The notes beneath the pieces were generated by a model. The model saw nothing but the letters and a program-made list of their open reading frames with translations. It was not told the origin of the DNA and made no database searches. This document shows positions 10,364-18,891 of a stretch of 52,491 bases of DNA, in pieces. A program made the position numbers and the translations under genes. The stretch is taken from contig JBGURM010000001.1 in the NCBI GenBank assembly GCA_045132035.1, positions 1 to 52,491 on the forward strand. The letters run 5' to 3'. Origin of the DNA: Bacilli bacterium. GTDB taxonomy: Bacteria; Bacillota_I; Bacilli_A; RFN20; CAG-826. How positions within the stretch are numbered: position 1 is the stretch's first letter; every line of letters starts with the position of its first letter.

Positions 10364-12208
10364 ATGCCAAAAAAAGAACTCCGTCACATCGATATTAATT
10401 CCATCCAGAATCCTGACTTCTTAAAAGAGCTAAGTTATCAGGAACTAGATGTTTTAAGTGAGGACATTAGAAAATATATCATAGATATAACATCTAAAAA
10501 TGGTGGTCACCTCTCAAGTAATTTGGGGGTAGTGGAAACCGTCATTTCATTATGTAAAAACTTTGATTTTACAAAAGACAAAATCATTTTTGATGTTGGA
10601 CATCAATCATACACATATAAAATCTTAACCGGAAGAAAATTAGACACTCTCAGAAAGAAAGGTGGAATAAGTGGATTCCAAAAGATGAGTGAATCTCCTT
10701 ATGATCATTTTGAAGCCGGTCACTCATCAACCTCTATTAGTGTCGCCGCTGGAATGGCGACCGCTAGAGATTTAAAAGGTGAAAAATATAATGTCATCGC
10801 TTTTATTGGTGATTCCGCTCTACAAAACGGGTTAGCCTTAGAAGGATTAAACGAATTAGCCCAATCAGGACACAAAGTTATTATCATTTTAAATGATAAT
10901 GATATGTCAATTTCTCAAGGTGTCGGTGGTCTTTCTTCAATCTTTAGAAAATTCTCAACCTCAGTGATATATCGAAAGACCAAAGGTGCTTTTAGAAAAG
11001 TCTTAAGAGGAAGATTTGGTAGATGGTTACTTGTTAAATTCACCAGAATGAAGAATTGGCTTAAACGTCACTTCATTAATATGACAATGTTTGATAACCT
11101 TGGTTATACAGTCATCGGACCAATTGATGGTCACTATATTAGACAAATCGATCACGCCTTAGCGAGAGCAAAAAAACAAAATAAATCAGTTGTTATCCAC
11201 GTTAAAACCATCAAAGGTCGTGGTTATGAATACGCTGAAGAAGATAAAGACGGGGATTGGCATGGTGTTTCTACATTTAATGTTGAAACTGGAGAATTAG
11301 CCACTAAAGAGGCAATGGTCTCTTGGAGTAATCAATACGCCGTCCTTCTTAAAAACGAAATGGCGATTAATGATAAAATCATTACCATTGTTCCTGCTAC
11401 AGGACACGGAAGCGCTTTAGACTCTTTATTTGAATTCTATCCAAATCGCACAATCGATGTTGGTATTTCTGAAGAACACGCTTTTACTTTTGCTGGTGGA
11501 CTCGCTGTCAGTGGTTTCCATCCAGTAATTTCCATTTACTCAACTTTCTTACAAAGAAGTTATGATGAACTCTCTCATGATTTAGCAAGAATGAATCTAA
11601 ACGCGACTATTTTAATCGATAGAGCAGGTTTAGTGGGAAGTGATGGAGAGACTCACCAAGGAATATATGATGAAGCTTTCTTATATTCAATTCCTAATGT
11701 CACAATCACAATGGCAAGTAGAAGTAGTGAGGCTCTTTCTTTATTAAAAGAAAGTACATGTAACCATGGAGTGTTTGCAATTAGATATCCAAGAGAATAT
11801 TTCGCGATTAAAGGTGAAGAAGTAAAAAAGATTCCTTATGGAAGTTGGAAAGTTGAATTAGAAGGTAAAGAGACCGCAATTATTTCAACTGGTCCAATCA
11901 CTTTGAAATTAAAAGACGCTCTTATTGAAAGTAAAAAAGACGCAACTTTATTTAACGCGATTTATCTTCGTCCAATGGATGATAGTAAGATTAACGCTCT
12001 ACTTTCATATAGTAAAATCATCATTTATGATGCTTATGCAACTAAAGAGGGCTTCTCTAGCGCATTAGAAGCCGAACTCATTAAACGTAACTATAAGGGA
12101 GAAATTATTTCTCGCTCAGTCCCAACTATCTTTGTTAAACAAGCAACAATCGATGAACAAAGACAAGAATTTGGTTTAACTGTTGAAGATATCATTGCTC
12201 TAATTTAA
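10364..12208 (+). CDS. dxs: 1-deoxy-D-xylulose-5-phosphate synthase
   Basis: GGHLSSNLG, FDVGHQSY, GHSSTSIS, LNDNDMSI, DRAGLVGSDGETHQG. Confidence 0.96.
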   Translation: MPKKELRHIDINSIQNPDFLKELSYQELDVLSEDIRKYIIDITSKNGGHLSSNLGVVETVISLCKNFDFTKDKIIFDVGHQSYTYKILTGRKLDTLRKKGGISGFQKMSESPYDHFEAGHSSTSISVAAGMATARDLKGEKYNVIAFIGDSALQNGLALEGLNELAQSGHKVIIILNDNDMSISQGVGGLSSIFRKFSTSVIYRKTKGAFRKVLRGRFGRWLLVKFTRMKNWLKRHFINMTMFDNLGYTVIGPIDGHYIRQIDHALARAKKQNKSVVIHVKTIKGRGYEYAEEDKDGDWHGVSTFNVETGELATKEAMVSWSNQYAVLLKNEMAINDKIITIVPATGHGSALDSLFEFYPNRTIDVGISEEHAFTFAGGLAVSGFHPVISIYSTFLQRSYDELSHDLARMNLNATILIDRAGLVGSDGETHQGIYDEAFLYSIPNVTITMASRSSEALSLLKESTCNHGVFAIRYPREYFAIKGEEVKKIPYGSWKVELEGKETAIISTGPITLKLKDALIESKKDATLFNAIYLRPMDDSKINALLSYSKIIIYDAYATKEGFSSALEAELIKRNYKGEIISRSVPTIFVKQATIDEQRQEFGLTVEDIIALI

Positions 12209-12210
12209 TT

Positions 12211-12876
12211 ATGATTAAAAATCTTTCATTTTCGTTTTTAAAAGGGATCGCCGCTGGAGCGTCTATCGGTTTTGGCGGGTTTTTATATATTCTCATGGTC
12301 TTTCTTATTCCAGGAGAAGGGGGTAAAGTTTTAGGATCTTTATTATTCACAGTTGGTTTATTTACTGTCTGTTCCTTATCTTTACATCTATATACTGGGA
12401 AGATTGGTTTAATTTACGAGAAGAAACAAGAGAAAGAATTCTATCTTTCTTTACCAATCATGTTAATTGGTAACGCGATTGGAGCGATTGGACTAGGATA
12501 TCTTTGCTTTTTCATTTTTAATGAAATGGAAATTTTCCAAAGTGCGATTAACACAAGTAATGTGAGATTAAGTCTTTACACTTTTGATGACTATTTATCC
12601 TGTATGATTAAGTCCGCTTTATGTGGATTATGTGTCTATTTAGCGGTTAAATCTTTCGCCTATAAAAAGATTTCAGTAGTGGGCACTCTATTACTCGTCT
12701 TATTTGTGTTTATCTTCGTCTATTCAGGATTTCAACACTGTATCGCCAATATGTTTTACTTCTCATTTTCTAATAGTTGGGGATGGGAAGCAGTGGTTAA
12801 TTTGTTATTTTGTATTCTCTTTAACTCTATTGGTCCTGTCATTGGAGTCTTACTCATTAAAGCCATTCAAAAATAA
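12211..12876 (+). CDS. Formate/nitrite transporter (FNT) family protein
   Basis: About six hydrophobic helices; LYTG and GFQHCIANM motifs. Confidence 0.85.
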   Translation: MIKNLSFSFLKGIAAGASIGFGGFLYILMVFLIPGEGGKVLGSLLFTVGLFTVCSLSLHLYTGKIGLIYEKKQEKEFYLSLPIMLIGNAIGAIGLGYLCFFIFNEMEIFQSAINTSNVRLSLYTFDDYLSCMIKSALCGLCVYLAVKSFAYKKISVVGTLLLVLFVFIFVYSGFQHCIANMFYFSFSNSWGWEAVVNLLFCILFNSIGPVIGVLLIKAIQK

Positions 12877-12883
12877 AGATATT

Positions 12884-12915
12884 AGTTAACATAATAAATG
12901 AAAGCATTATAAAAT
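12884..12915 (+). promoter_or_regulatory. Leaderless dinB-xerD promoter overlapped by a XerD-type half-site
   Basis: TTAACA(12886)-18 nt-TAAAAT(12910), ATG 6 nt later; AGTTAACATAAT at 12884 is identical to 18793-18804 in dif. Confidence 0.55.
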
Positions 12916-12921
12916 AATGAT

Positions 12922-14109
12922 ATGGCAAAAGTAATTGTCCACATCGATTTAAATGCTTTTTTTGTTCGCTGCGAAGAAATACGTGATCCATCTTTAGAAA
13001 ATAAAGCGGTGGCGATTGGTCATGTCGGAAGAGCAGGAATTGTTTCAACATGCTCATACGAAGCAAGAAAATATGGGGTAAGAAGTGGAATGCCAATGAA
13101 TAAGGCAATTAAATTATGTCCTCATCTACTCGTCATTCACCCTGATTATCATTTTTATGTTTCAATGAGTCATCAATTTAGAAATTATATCCGTTCCATT
13201 ACTCCAGACATCGAAAAGGCCTCAGTGGACGAGTTATATGCGGATTTTACTGACGTTGTTAAAAAAGAAAAAGATGTCATCAAATATTTTAAGATGATTC
13301 AAAACACTTTGTATGAAACAACCGGCTTAAAGTGCTCTATTGGAGTTGCTCCCACTAAATTTTTAGCGAAGATGGGAAGCGATTATCAAAAGCCAATGGG
13401 CTTAACTATTATTCGTAGAAGAGATATCAAAAAGATTTTATATCCTTTACCAATCGAAGATATGTTTGGAGTTGGTAAAAAGACCGCTCCTAGACTCAAA
13501 GAAATGGGAATTAAAACGATTGGAGATCTCGCTAATAGTTTGAATAATAACGATGAAAAAGTATTAAATACTTTAGGTAAGTTTTCTGAAGAGCTCAAAG
13601 ATTGGATTAATGGAAAAGGGTCAGATAAAATCATTACCGAATATGATGATCCTAAATCAATCGGTAACTCAACCACTTTAAAAGAAGACACTGACCGATA
13701 TGATGAAATTAGACCAGTTATTGAAATGCTCGCTATGGAAGTATCTGAAAGAGCAAAAAAAGAAAATCGAATCGGTAATACGATTCAAATCATGGTCAAA
13801 GACACTAATTATAAGGCACATAATAAATCTTTTACTTTTTCTAATCACACGAATAACGCGAAAGATATCTTTAAATATGCGATTAAGTTATATGAAGAGA
13901 ACTTTTTAGATATGCTTATACGAGCGGTAGGTGTCACTTTACAAAATCTCATCGATATCAAAGATATGAAAGTACAAATGACTTTCTTTGACTATGAGAT
14001 GCATGAAGAAGAAAGTAAAACTAAATTACTAATAAATGATTTAAATAGAAAGATTAAAGGTAAGCCTTTAAAAAGAGCGAGTGAGGTAAAGAAGAATGGA
14101 CATCGTTGA
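12922..14109 (+). CDS. dinB: DNA polymerase IV
   Basis: HIDLNAFF, SYEARKYGV, SVDE catalytic motif, KFLAKMGSD; clamp-like QMTFF near the C-terminus. Confidence 0.95.
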   Translation: MAKVIVHIDLNAFFVRCEEIRDPSLENKAVAIGHVGRAGIVSTCSYEARKYGVRSGMPMNKAIKLCPHLLVIHPDYHFYVSMSHQFRNYIRSITPDIEKASVDELYADFTDVVKKEKDVIKYFKMIQNTLYETTGLKCSIGVAPTKFLAKMGSDYQKPMGLTIIRRRDIKKILYPLPIEDMFGVGKKTAPRLKEMGIKTIGDLANSLNNNDEKVLNTLGKFSEELKDWINGKGSDKIITEYDDPKSIGNSTTLKEDTDRYDEIRPVIEMLAMEVSERAKKENRIGNTIQIMVKDTNYKAHNKSFTFSNHTNNAKDIFKYAIKLYEENFLDMLIRAVGVTLQNLIDIKDMKVQMTFFDYEMHEEESKTKLLINDLNRKIKGKPLKRASEVKKNGHR

Positions 14110-14992
14110 CGCGCTTGATTTATATAAGCAATATCTTCTAGTAGAAAAAGGTTTATCAAGAAACACTGTTTCATCTTATGAAGATGATTTAAATAGTTTC
14201 TTTAGTTTTTATAAAAACTTAAATATGGAGAAAAAAGAAGTAAGCGACTTAGCAAGTGAGGACCTTCAATCTTTTTTGAATCATGAATTAAGTGAAGGAA
14301 AACATGCTTCGACCGCTTTAAGAAGATTATCTTCCATCAAAGGCTTCTACGCTTTTTTAACTAAAGAAGGATATTATCATGGAGAAATGCCTGATATTGA
14401 CCCTCCAAAGATGGAACAAAGGCTTCCAAACTGTTTATCCATTGAAGAAGTAGAGCTACTTCTTGACGCTCCAAATATGAATTCGCCGAGCGGAATAAGA
14501 GATAAAGCGATGTTAGAGTTAATGTACGCTAGTGGACTCCGTGTTAGTGAATTAGTTTCTTTGGAAAAGAAAAATGTTAATCTACAAAAAGGAATTGTCA
14601 CAATCTTTGGTAAAGGAGCAAAAGAAAGAAAAGTCCCGATGGGAGATTTCGCTTTAGATTATGTCGTTAAATATCTTAACGAAGTAAGAGACCAATTCCA
14701 TGGAAGTAAATCTAAGTATCTATTTTTAAATAGAAGTGGCAAACCAATTAGTCGAATCTATTTCTTTAAGCAAGTAAAGAAGTACGCAATGCAAGTTGGA
14801 ATTGATCCAGAAACTATCTCTCCTCATACTTTAAGACACTGCTTCGCTACTCATATGTTAGAAGGCGGAGCTCAACTACGAGCGGTTCAAGAAATGCTTG
14901 GTCACACAAACATTGCAACCACTCAAATCTACACTCATATCTCAACAAAACGAATTATGAGTGCATATGATTTGTTTATAAACAAAAAATAA
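14096..14992 (+). CDS. xerD: Site-specific tyrosine recombinase XerD
   Basis: LMYASGLRVSEL, GKGAKER, HTLRHCFATH, QEMLGH, TTQIYTH; upstream of deoB, as for B. subtilis ripX-drm. Confidence 0.9.
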   Translation: MDIVDALDLYKQYLLVEKGLSRNTVSSYEDDLNSFFSFYKNLNMEKKEVSDLASEDLQSFLNHELSEGKHASTALRRLSSIKGFYAFLTKEGYYHGEMPDIDPPKMEQRLPNCLSIEEVELLLDAPNMNSPSGIRDKAMLELMYASGLRVSELVSLEKKNVNLQKGIVTIFGKGAKERKVPMGDFALDYVVKYLNEVRDQFHGSKSKYLFLNRSGKPISRIYFFKQVKKYAMQVGIDPETISPHTLRHCFATHMLEGGAQLRAVQEMLGHTNIATTQIYTHISTKRIMSAYDLFINKK

Positions 14993-15028
14993 GATAAAAT
15001 ATAGAGTTGAATGAAAGGAGACATTAAG

Positions 15029-16252
15029 ATGTCATTCCCATATAAAAGAATATTTGTAATCGTCGCGGATTCTGCAGGAATTGGATATATGCCTGACGCT
15101 GACAGGTTTTTTAACGGAAATAGTAATGATGTTGGTAGTAATACCTTCGTCCATATCGCTGAAAAGATGCCTAATGGCTTAAATATTCCAAACATGAATA
15201 TGATGGGTATTGCCGATTTAGCGGATATTCGTGGCACTCATAAAGTAAGTCACCCACATTCATATGTTGCTAGAGCAAAAGAAAGAAGCAACGGTAAAGA
15301 CACAATGACAGGCCACTGGGAAATGATGGGTATAAATACCCAAGTTCCATTTAAGACCTTCACCGATACCGGCTTCCCAAAAGAATTGATTGACGAACTT
15401 GAAAGAAGAACAGGCCATAAAGTCATCGGTAACTGCGCTGCTAGTGGAACAGAAATCATTAAAGAATTAGGCGAAGAGCAAATTAGAGATAATTCCTTAA
15501 TCGTCTACACTTCAAGCGATTCAGTTCTTCAAATTGCCGCTAGTGAAGAAGTAACCGGCTTAGAAGAATTATATCGCTGCTGTGAAATCGCTCGTGAAAT
15601 TTGTATGAAACCAGAATGGATGGTGGGAAGAGTTATTGCTCGTCCATATGTTGGTAAAACTAAAGAAACATTTAAAAGAACAAGTAATCGTCATGATTTA
15701 GCCCTTAAACCAACATTACCAACCGTAATGAATGTCTTAGAAGAAAATGGTTTTACTACCAACTGTGTTGGTAAAATTGGAGATATCTTTGATGGATATG
15801 GAGTAGTTAAAACTCAAAAGACTGTTTCTAATGAAGATGGCATGGATAAGACCATTAAAGAATTAACAGATGTCGATTTCACTGGCTTATGCTTTGTTAA
15901 TCTTGTTGAATTCGATAGTGAATATGGTCATAGAAGAAACCCAATCGGCTATGGCGAATGTTTAGAAAGATTTGACAAAAGAGTGGGTGAATTCATCTCT
16001 AAGATGCATGACGATGATTTATTAATCATCACCGCAGATCACGGCAACGACCCAACTTGGGCAGGAACTGATCACACTAGAGAAAAAATACCTCTACTCA
16101 TGTATTCTCCTTCTATTAAAAATGGAAGATATCTCGAAGAAAGAGAATGCTTCGGTGATATAGGCGCAACTGTCTTAAAGAACTTCAACTTAAAGATGCC
16201 AAATAACTTAATCGGAAATCCAATTGAAGAACTATTAGACGATAACCGTTAA
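15029..16252 (+). CDS. deoB: Phosphopentomutase
   Basis: DSAGIG, GKDTMTGHWE, YTSSDSV, RVIARPY, TADHGNDPT, TDHTRE; start moved to ATG 15029 after SD aaggag. Confidence 0.95.
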   Translation: MSFPYKRIFVIVADSAGIGYMPDADRFFNGNSNDVGSNTFVHIAEKMPNGLNIPNMNMMGIADLADIRGTHKVSHPHSYVARAKERSNGKDTMTGHWEMMGINTQVPFKTFTDTGFPKELIDELERRTGHKVIGNCAASGTEIIKELGEEQIRDNSLIVYTSSDSVLQIAASEEVTGLEELYRCCEIAREICMKPEWMVGRVIARPYVGKTKETFKRTSNRHDLALKPTLPTVMNVLEENGFTTNCVGKIGDIFDGYGVVKTQKTVSNEDGMDKTIKELTDVDFTGLCFVNLVEFDSEYGHRRNPIGYGECLERFDKRVGEFISKMHDDDLLIITADHGNDPTWAGTDHTREKIPLLMYSPSIKNGRYLEERECFGDIGATVLKNFNLKMPNNLIGNPIEELLDDNR

Positions 16253-16260
16253 TTCATAGA

Positions 16261-16292
16261 ATTAAAAGCTTAGGGCGACCTAAGCTTTTAAT
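16261..16292. terminator. Bidirectional terminator between deoB and the ABC permease
   Basis: Perfect 14-bp stem attaaaagcttagg-gcga-cctaagcttttaat. Confidence 0.85.
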
Positions 16293-17053
16293 TTGAATAC
16301 TCTCTTAATCACACTCATGAGTAAAGACACGATTAGCATTATTAATATCGCAATGAATGAATAGGCGAATGTTGGAACTAAACCATTTGTGGAATTAATA
16401 TAGACATTATTGATTGCTCCCCCAATTCCAGGAGCAGAACTTCCAGAAATAACTTCCGCCATAATTTCAATTTTAAATGAAAGAGCGAAACTACTTACTA
16501 AACCGAGTCCAATAGTCGGCATCGCTAGTGGAAATTTGATATAAACATTTTCTTGTAGTCTACTAGCTCCATCAACTTGGCTCGCCATAAGTATTTGTTC
16601 ATCTAAAGATGAATATCCCGCAACAGTAGCTTCATAAACAATAGGGAAAACAATAATTGTCACAATATATATTGGAGCGTTTTTTAGTCCTGCTAAAACT
16701 AAAAATAAGAAAGTTAAAGCAGCAGTGGGAATAGCTTTTAAAGCTACCATAGTTGGATTAAAAACATATTTTAATTTGGTAAAGTTACCAACTATTACCC
16801 CAATAATGATTGCCGCAATTGCGCCAATAGAAAAACCAATTAACATTCTATAGAATGAACCCCAAATACATTCATATGTAAATGGATCACCTAAATATAT
16901 AAATGTTTGATTAAGTGTTTCTATAGGAGAAGGGAAAACAGAACTTCTTTGTCCTGCCACTAGATAAATAAGAAACCAAATAAGAAAAAAGAAAACGATT
17001 CCAACAACTGTTAGAAGATATTTATTGGAAAGAATTTTCTTTATTTGTTTCAT
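16280..17053 (-). CDS. ABC transporter permease, NitT/TauT/SsuC-like
   Basis: FPSP motif, about six TM segments, EAA-like loop ILMASQVDGAS, AEVI..GIG. Confidence 0.85.
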   Translation of the reverse strand: MKQIKKILSNKYLLTVVGIVFFFLIWFLIYLVAGQRSSVFPSPIETLNQTFIYLGDPFTYECIWGSFYRMLIGFSIGAIAAIIIGVIVGNFTKLKYVFNPTMVALKAIPTAALTFLFLVLAGLKNAPIYIVTIIVFPIVYEATVAGYSSLDEQILMASQVDGASRLQENVYIKFPLAMPTIGLGLVSSFALSFKIEIMAEVISGSSAPGIGGAINNVYINSTNGLVPTFAYSFIAILIMLIVSLLMSVIKRVFKLKA

Positions 17054-18003
17054 TAGAGTTTAATATATCCATCATTTTCAATGATGTTTTTAGTTGCCGC
17101 TGCATCTTTAACATCATATGTATCAAGTTCTAAATTACCATAAAGGTAATTGAAGACTTTACCTGGAATACCATTCTTTTGGAAATATAAGACATGGTCA
17201 CCTTTATTCATGATTCCGTCTTTATCTCTTCCAGTAGAAAGAACATACATATTACCAAAGGTAATAGTCGCTGCAATTTGATAGTTAGCGCCTTCATCGA
17301 TAATCTTCTTTAGACCATCATTTGTTGGTGCAACAATGATGTCATAATTATTTGTTAAGAATTGAGATAGTGGTGCTCCAGTAGTGAAATTATTGTCTTC
17401 AGCGTGATTATAAAACGCGACTGCAGGAGCTCCAGGTGGACAAATGACTTTAACATCGCTGACATCAGCAATTAAATCGTGGTCATTTTTATCAAAGATA
17501 TATTGATTATCTATACTTTGTATAGATGGTTCAACAACACTCATAAAGTTTTCAACTTGAGATTTAATAGCAGAAGTCCATTCAAATCCTAAGGAGAATC
17601 CATTTCCGTCTTTAGTGACATTAAAGGCCGCTCCAGCAGCAACACCAAATTTTGCTGATTGAGCTTCAGTAGAACCAGCTTTTTCAATGCCGGTTTTAAT
17701 CAAAGCTGGACTACCAGTACCAGCAGAGATATCAGATGATAAGTAATCTAAATAAGAATAGACTTTATTTTGATCAGAAGCCTTATTAACAAAGACTGAT
17801 GCTTGGATGATTCTTTTTTGAGTCTTAGCAATGAAATCATCTTGAACATTTTTAAAGACTGGGAAATTTTTTGCCTTGGTTGCAAAGACAACTGGCTGGG
17901 CAGTAAAGATATAGTCAAAATAGATTTCGCTTGGTTGGTTATTGTTATTACATCCCGCTAAAGCAAATAGAACAGCAGGAATTAATAGTGGAATTTTTTT
18001 CAT
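17053..18003 (-). CDS. ABC substrate-binding lipoprotein (NMT1/SsuA-like), apparently circularly permuted
   Basis: Lipobox LAGC; motifs P.GAPA, DIIVAPTN, TFGN.Y, AQP and QASVFV; translationally coupled to the permease. Confidence 0.75.
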   Translation of the reverse strand: MKKIPLLIPAVLFALAGCNNNNQPSEIYFDYIFTAQPVVFATKAKNFPVFKNVQDDFIAKTQKRIIQASVFVNKASDQNKVYSYLDYLSSDISAGTGSPALIKTGIEKAGSTEAQSAKFGVAAGAAFNVTKDGNGFSLGFEWTSAIKSQVENFMSVVEPSIQSIDNQYIFDKNDHDLIADVSDVKVICPPGAPAVAFYNHAEDNNFTTGAPLSQFLTNNYDIIVAPTNDGLKKIIDEGANYQIAATITFGNMYVLSTGRDKDGIMNKGDHVLYFQKNGIPGKVFNYLYGNLELDTYDVKDAAATKNIIENDGYIKL

Positions 18004-18021
18004 TTTTATTTACCTCTCAGA

Positions 18022-18050
18022 TTGATATTCTATATCAAGAAATATATAAT
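18022..18050 (+). promoter_or_regulatory. Sigma-A promoter of the Crp/Fnr regulator
   Basis: TTGATA-17 nt-TATAAT. Confidence 0.65.
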
Positions 18051-18053
18051 ATA

Positions 18054-18069
18054 TGTGACTTGAATCACG
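18054..18069. promoter_or_regulatory. CRP-type operator TGTGA-N6-TCACG
   Basis: 9/10 match to TGTGA-N6-TCACA, between the divergent Crp/Fnr gene and the ABC operon. Confidence 0.75.
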
Positions 18070-18072
18070 AAT

Positions 18073-18663
18073 ATGGAAAAAACTTTAATAAAATATATAA
18101 AAAAGAATAATAGTGTGAACGTCGAGGAGATTTCGGCCTCAAGGAACAAAACTCTCCATTTTGAAGGTGATGAATGTAAAAAAGTTGGCATAATAATCTC
18201 AGGGAAGGTTAATATTGTTTCTTATTATTCTGGTGGACAAGAAGTCGTCTATAACGAGTTAAGCAAGGGTCAAATGTTTGGAAGTAACTTAATCTATTCG
18301 TCAAATCCATTTTTTAGAGGAGACGTCGTCGCCATTGAAGAATCAGTTATTGGATACGTTTCTAAAAGCGACTTACTAAAAGCGTTATCAAGCGATCAAG
18401 ATTTTCTAGAGCTCTATTTAAAACAGCAATCAGATTTTAGTAAGCAACTCAATTTTAAAATCAAGTTACTGACAATAAGCTCCGCAAAAGACAGAATTAT
18501 CTATTATCTTACATTTAATAGAAATCAAATCTCATATAAGTCAGTTACTAAGCTCGCTAAAGAATTATATTTGACCAGGGAGACACTAAGTCGAACAATG
18601 TATAAAATGGCCAAAGACGGCGAGATCAAAATAGAAAACAAAGTAATTACTCTGAACATGTAA
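18073..18663 (+). CDS. Crp/Fnr family transcriptional regulator
   Basis: cNMP-binding-like barrel (EGD, SGKV, GQMFG) and C-terminal HTH with recognition helix TRETLSR. Confidence 0.9.
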   Translation: MEKTLIKYIKKNNSVNVEEISASRNKTLHFEGDECKKVGIIISGKVNIVSYYSGGQEVVYNELSKGQMFGSNLIYSSNPFFRGDVVAIEESVIGYVSKSDLLKALSSDQDFLELYLKQQSDFSKQLNFKIKLLTISSAKDRIIYYLTFNRNQISYKSVTKLAKELYLTRETLSRTMYKMAKDGEIKIENKVITLNM

Positions 18664-18670
18664 ATAAAAA

Positions 18671-18687
18671 TTAGTAGATAATTAGTA
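18671..18687 (-). repeat. Phased direct repeat TACTAA-ttatc-TACTAA (copy C)
   Basis: TTAGTA at 18671 and 18682 on the + strand. Confidence 0.75.
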
Positions 18688-18706
18688 GGTGGAAAACTCA
18701 CATAAT

Positions 18707-18715
18707 TGTGGATAA
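18707..18715 (-). promoter_or_regulatory. Consensus DnaA box with two degenerate neighbours
   Basis: TGTGGATAA (= TTATCCACA on the - strand); GGTGGAAAA at 18688 and TGTGGATTT at 18722 in the same orientation. Confidence 0.5.
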
Positions 18716-18792
18716 ATCAGATGTGGATTTAAACGATGATAACCGAATGTTATCTATTTTTTATTTGATTAAATCTATTAAAAAGTATTTAA

Positions 18793-18820
18793 AGTTAACA
18801 TAATGGACATTATGCGAAGT
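18793..18820 (-). other. dif: dif chromosome dimer resolution site (XerC/XerD)
   Basis: Minus strand reads ACTTCGCATAA-TGTCCA-TTATGTTAACT, an 11-6-11 layout resembling E. coli and B. subtilis dif; intergenic, at the gene-orientation switch. Confidence 0.9.
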
Positions 18821-18832
18821 AATCATTTTAGC

Positions 18833-18860
18833 AAAAAATAAAGGAGAAAGTGGATTCTCC
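18833..18860 (-). terminator. Intrinsic terminator after nadD-yqeK
   Basis: Minus strand ggagaa-tccact-ttctcc followed by tttatttttt. Confidence 0.7.
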
Positions 18861-18891
18861 AATATGTTATAAGTTTAGTCACTTCACCATC

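Noticed and set aside
14096-14992. Phage or ICE integrase
   Set aside because: Length, motifs and xerD-deoB synteny fit chromosomal XerD; no att repeats or cargo genes.
18664-18891. oriC, suggested by a DnaA box and an AT-rich tract
   Set aside because: Genes converge here rather than diverge, dif is present, and no dnaA or dnaN is nearby.
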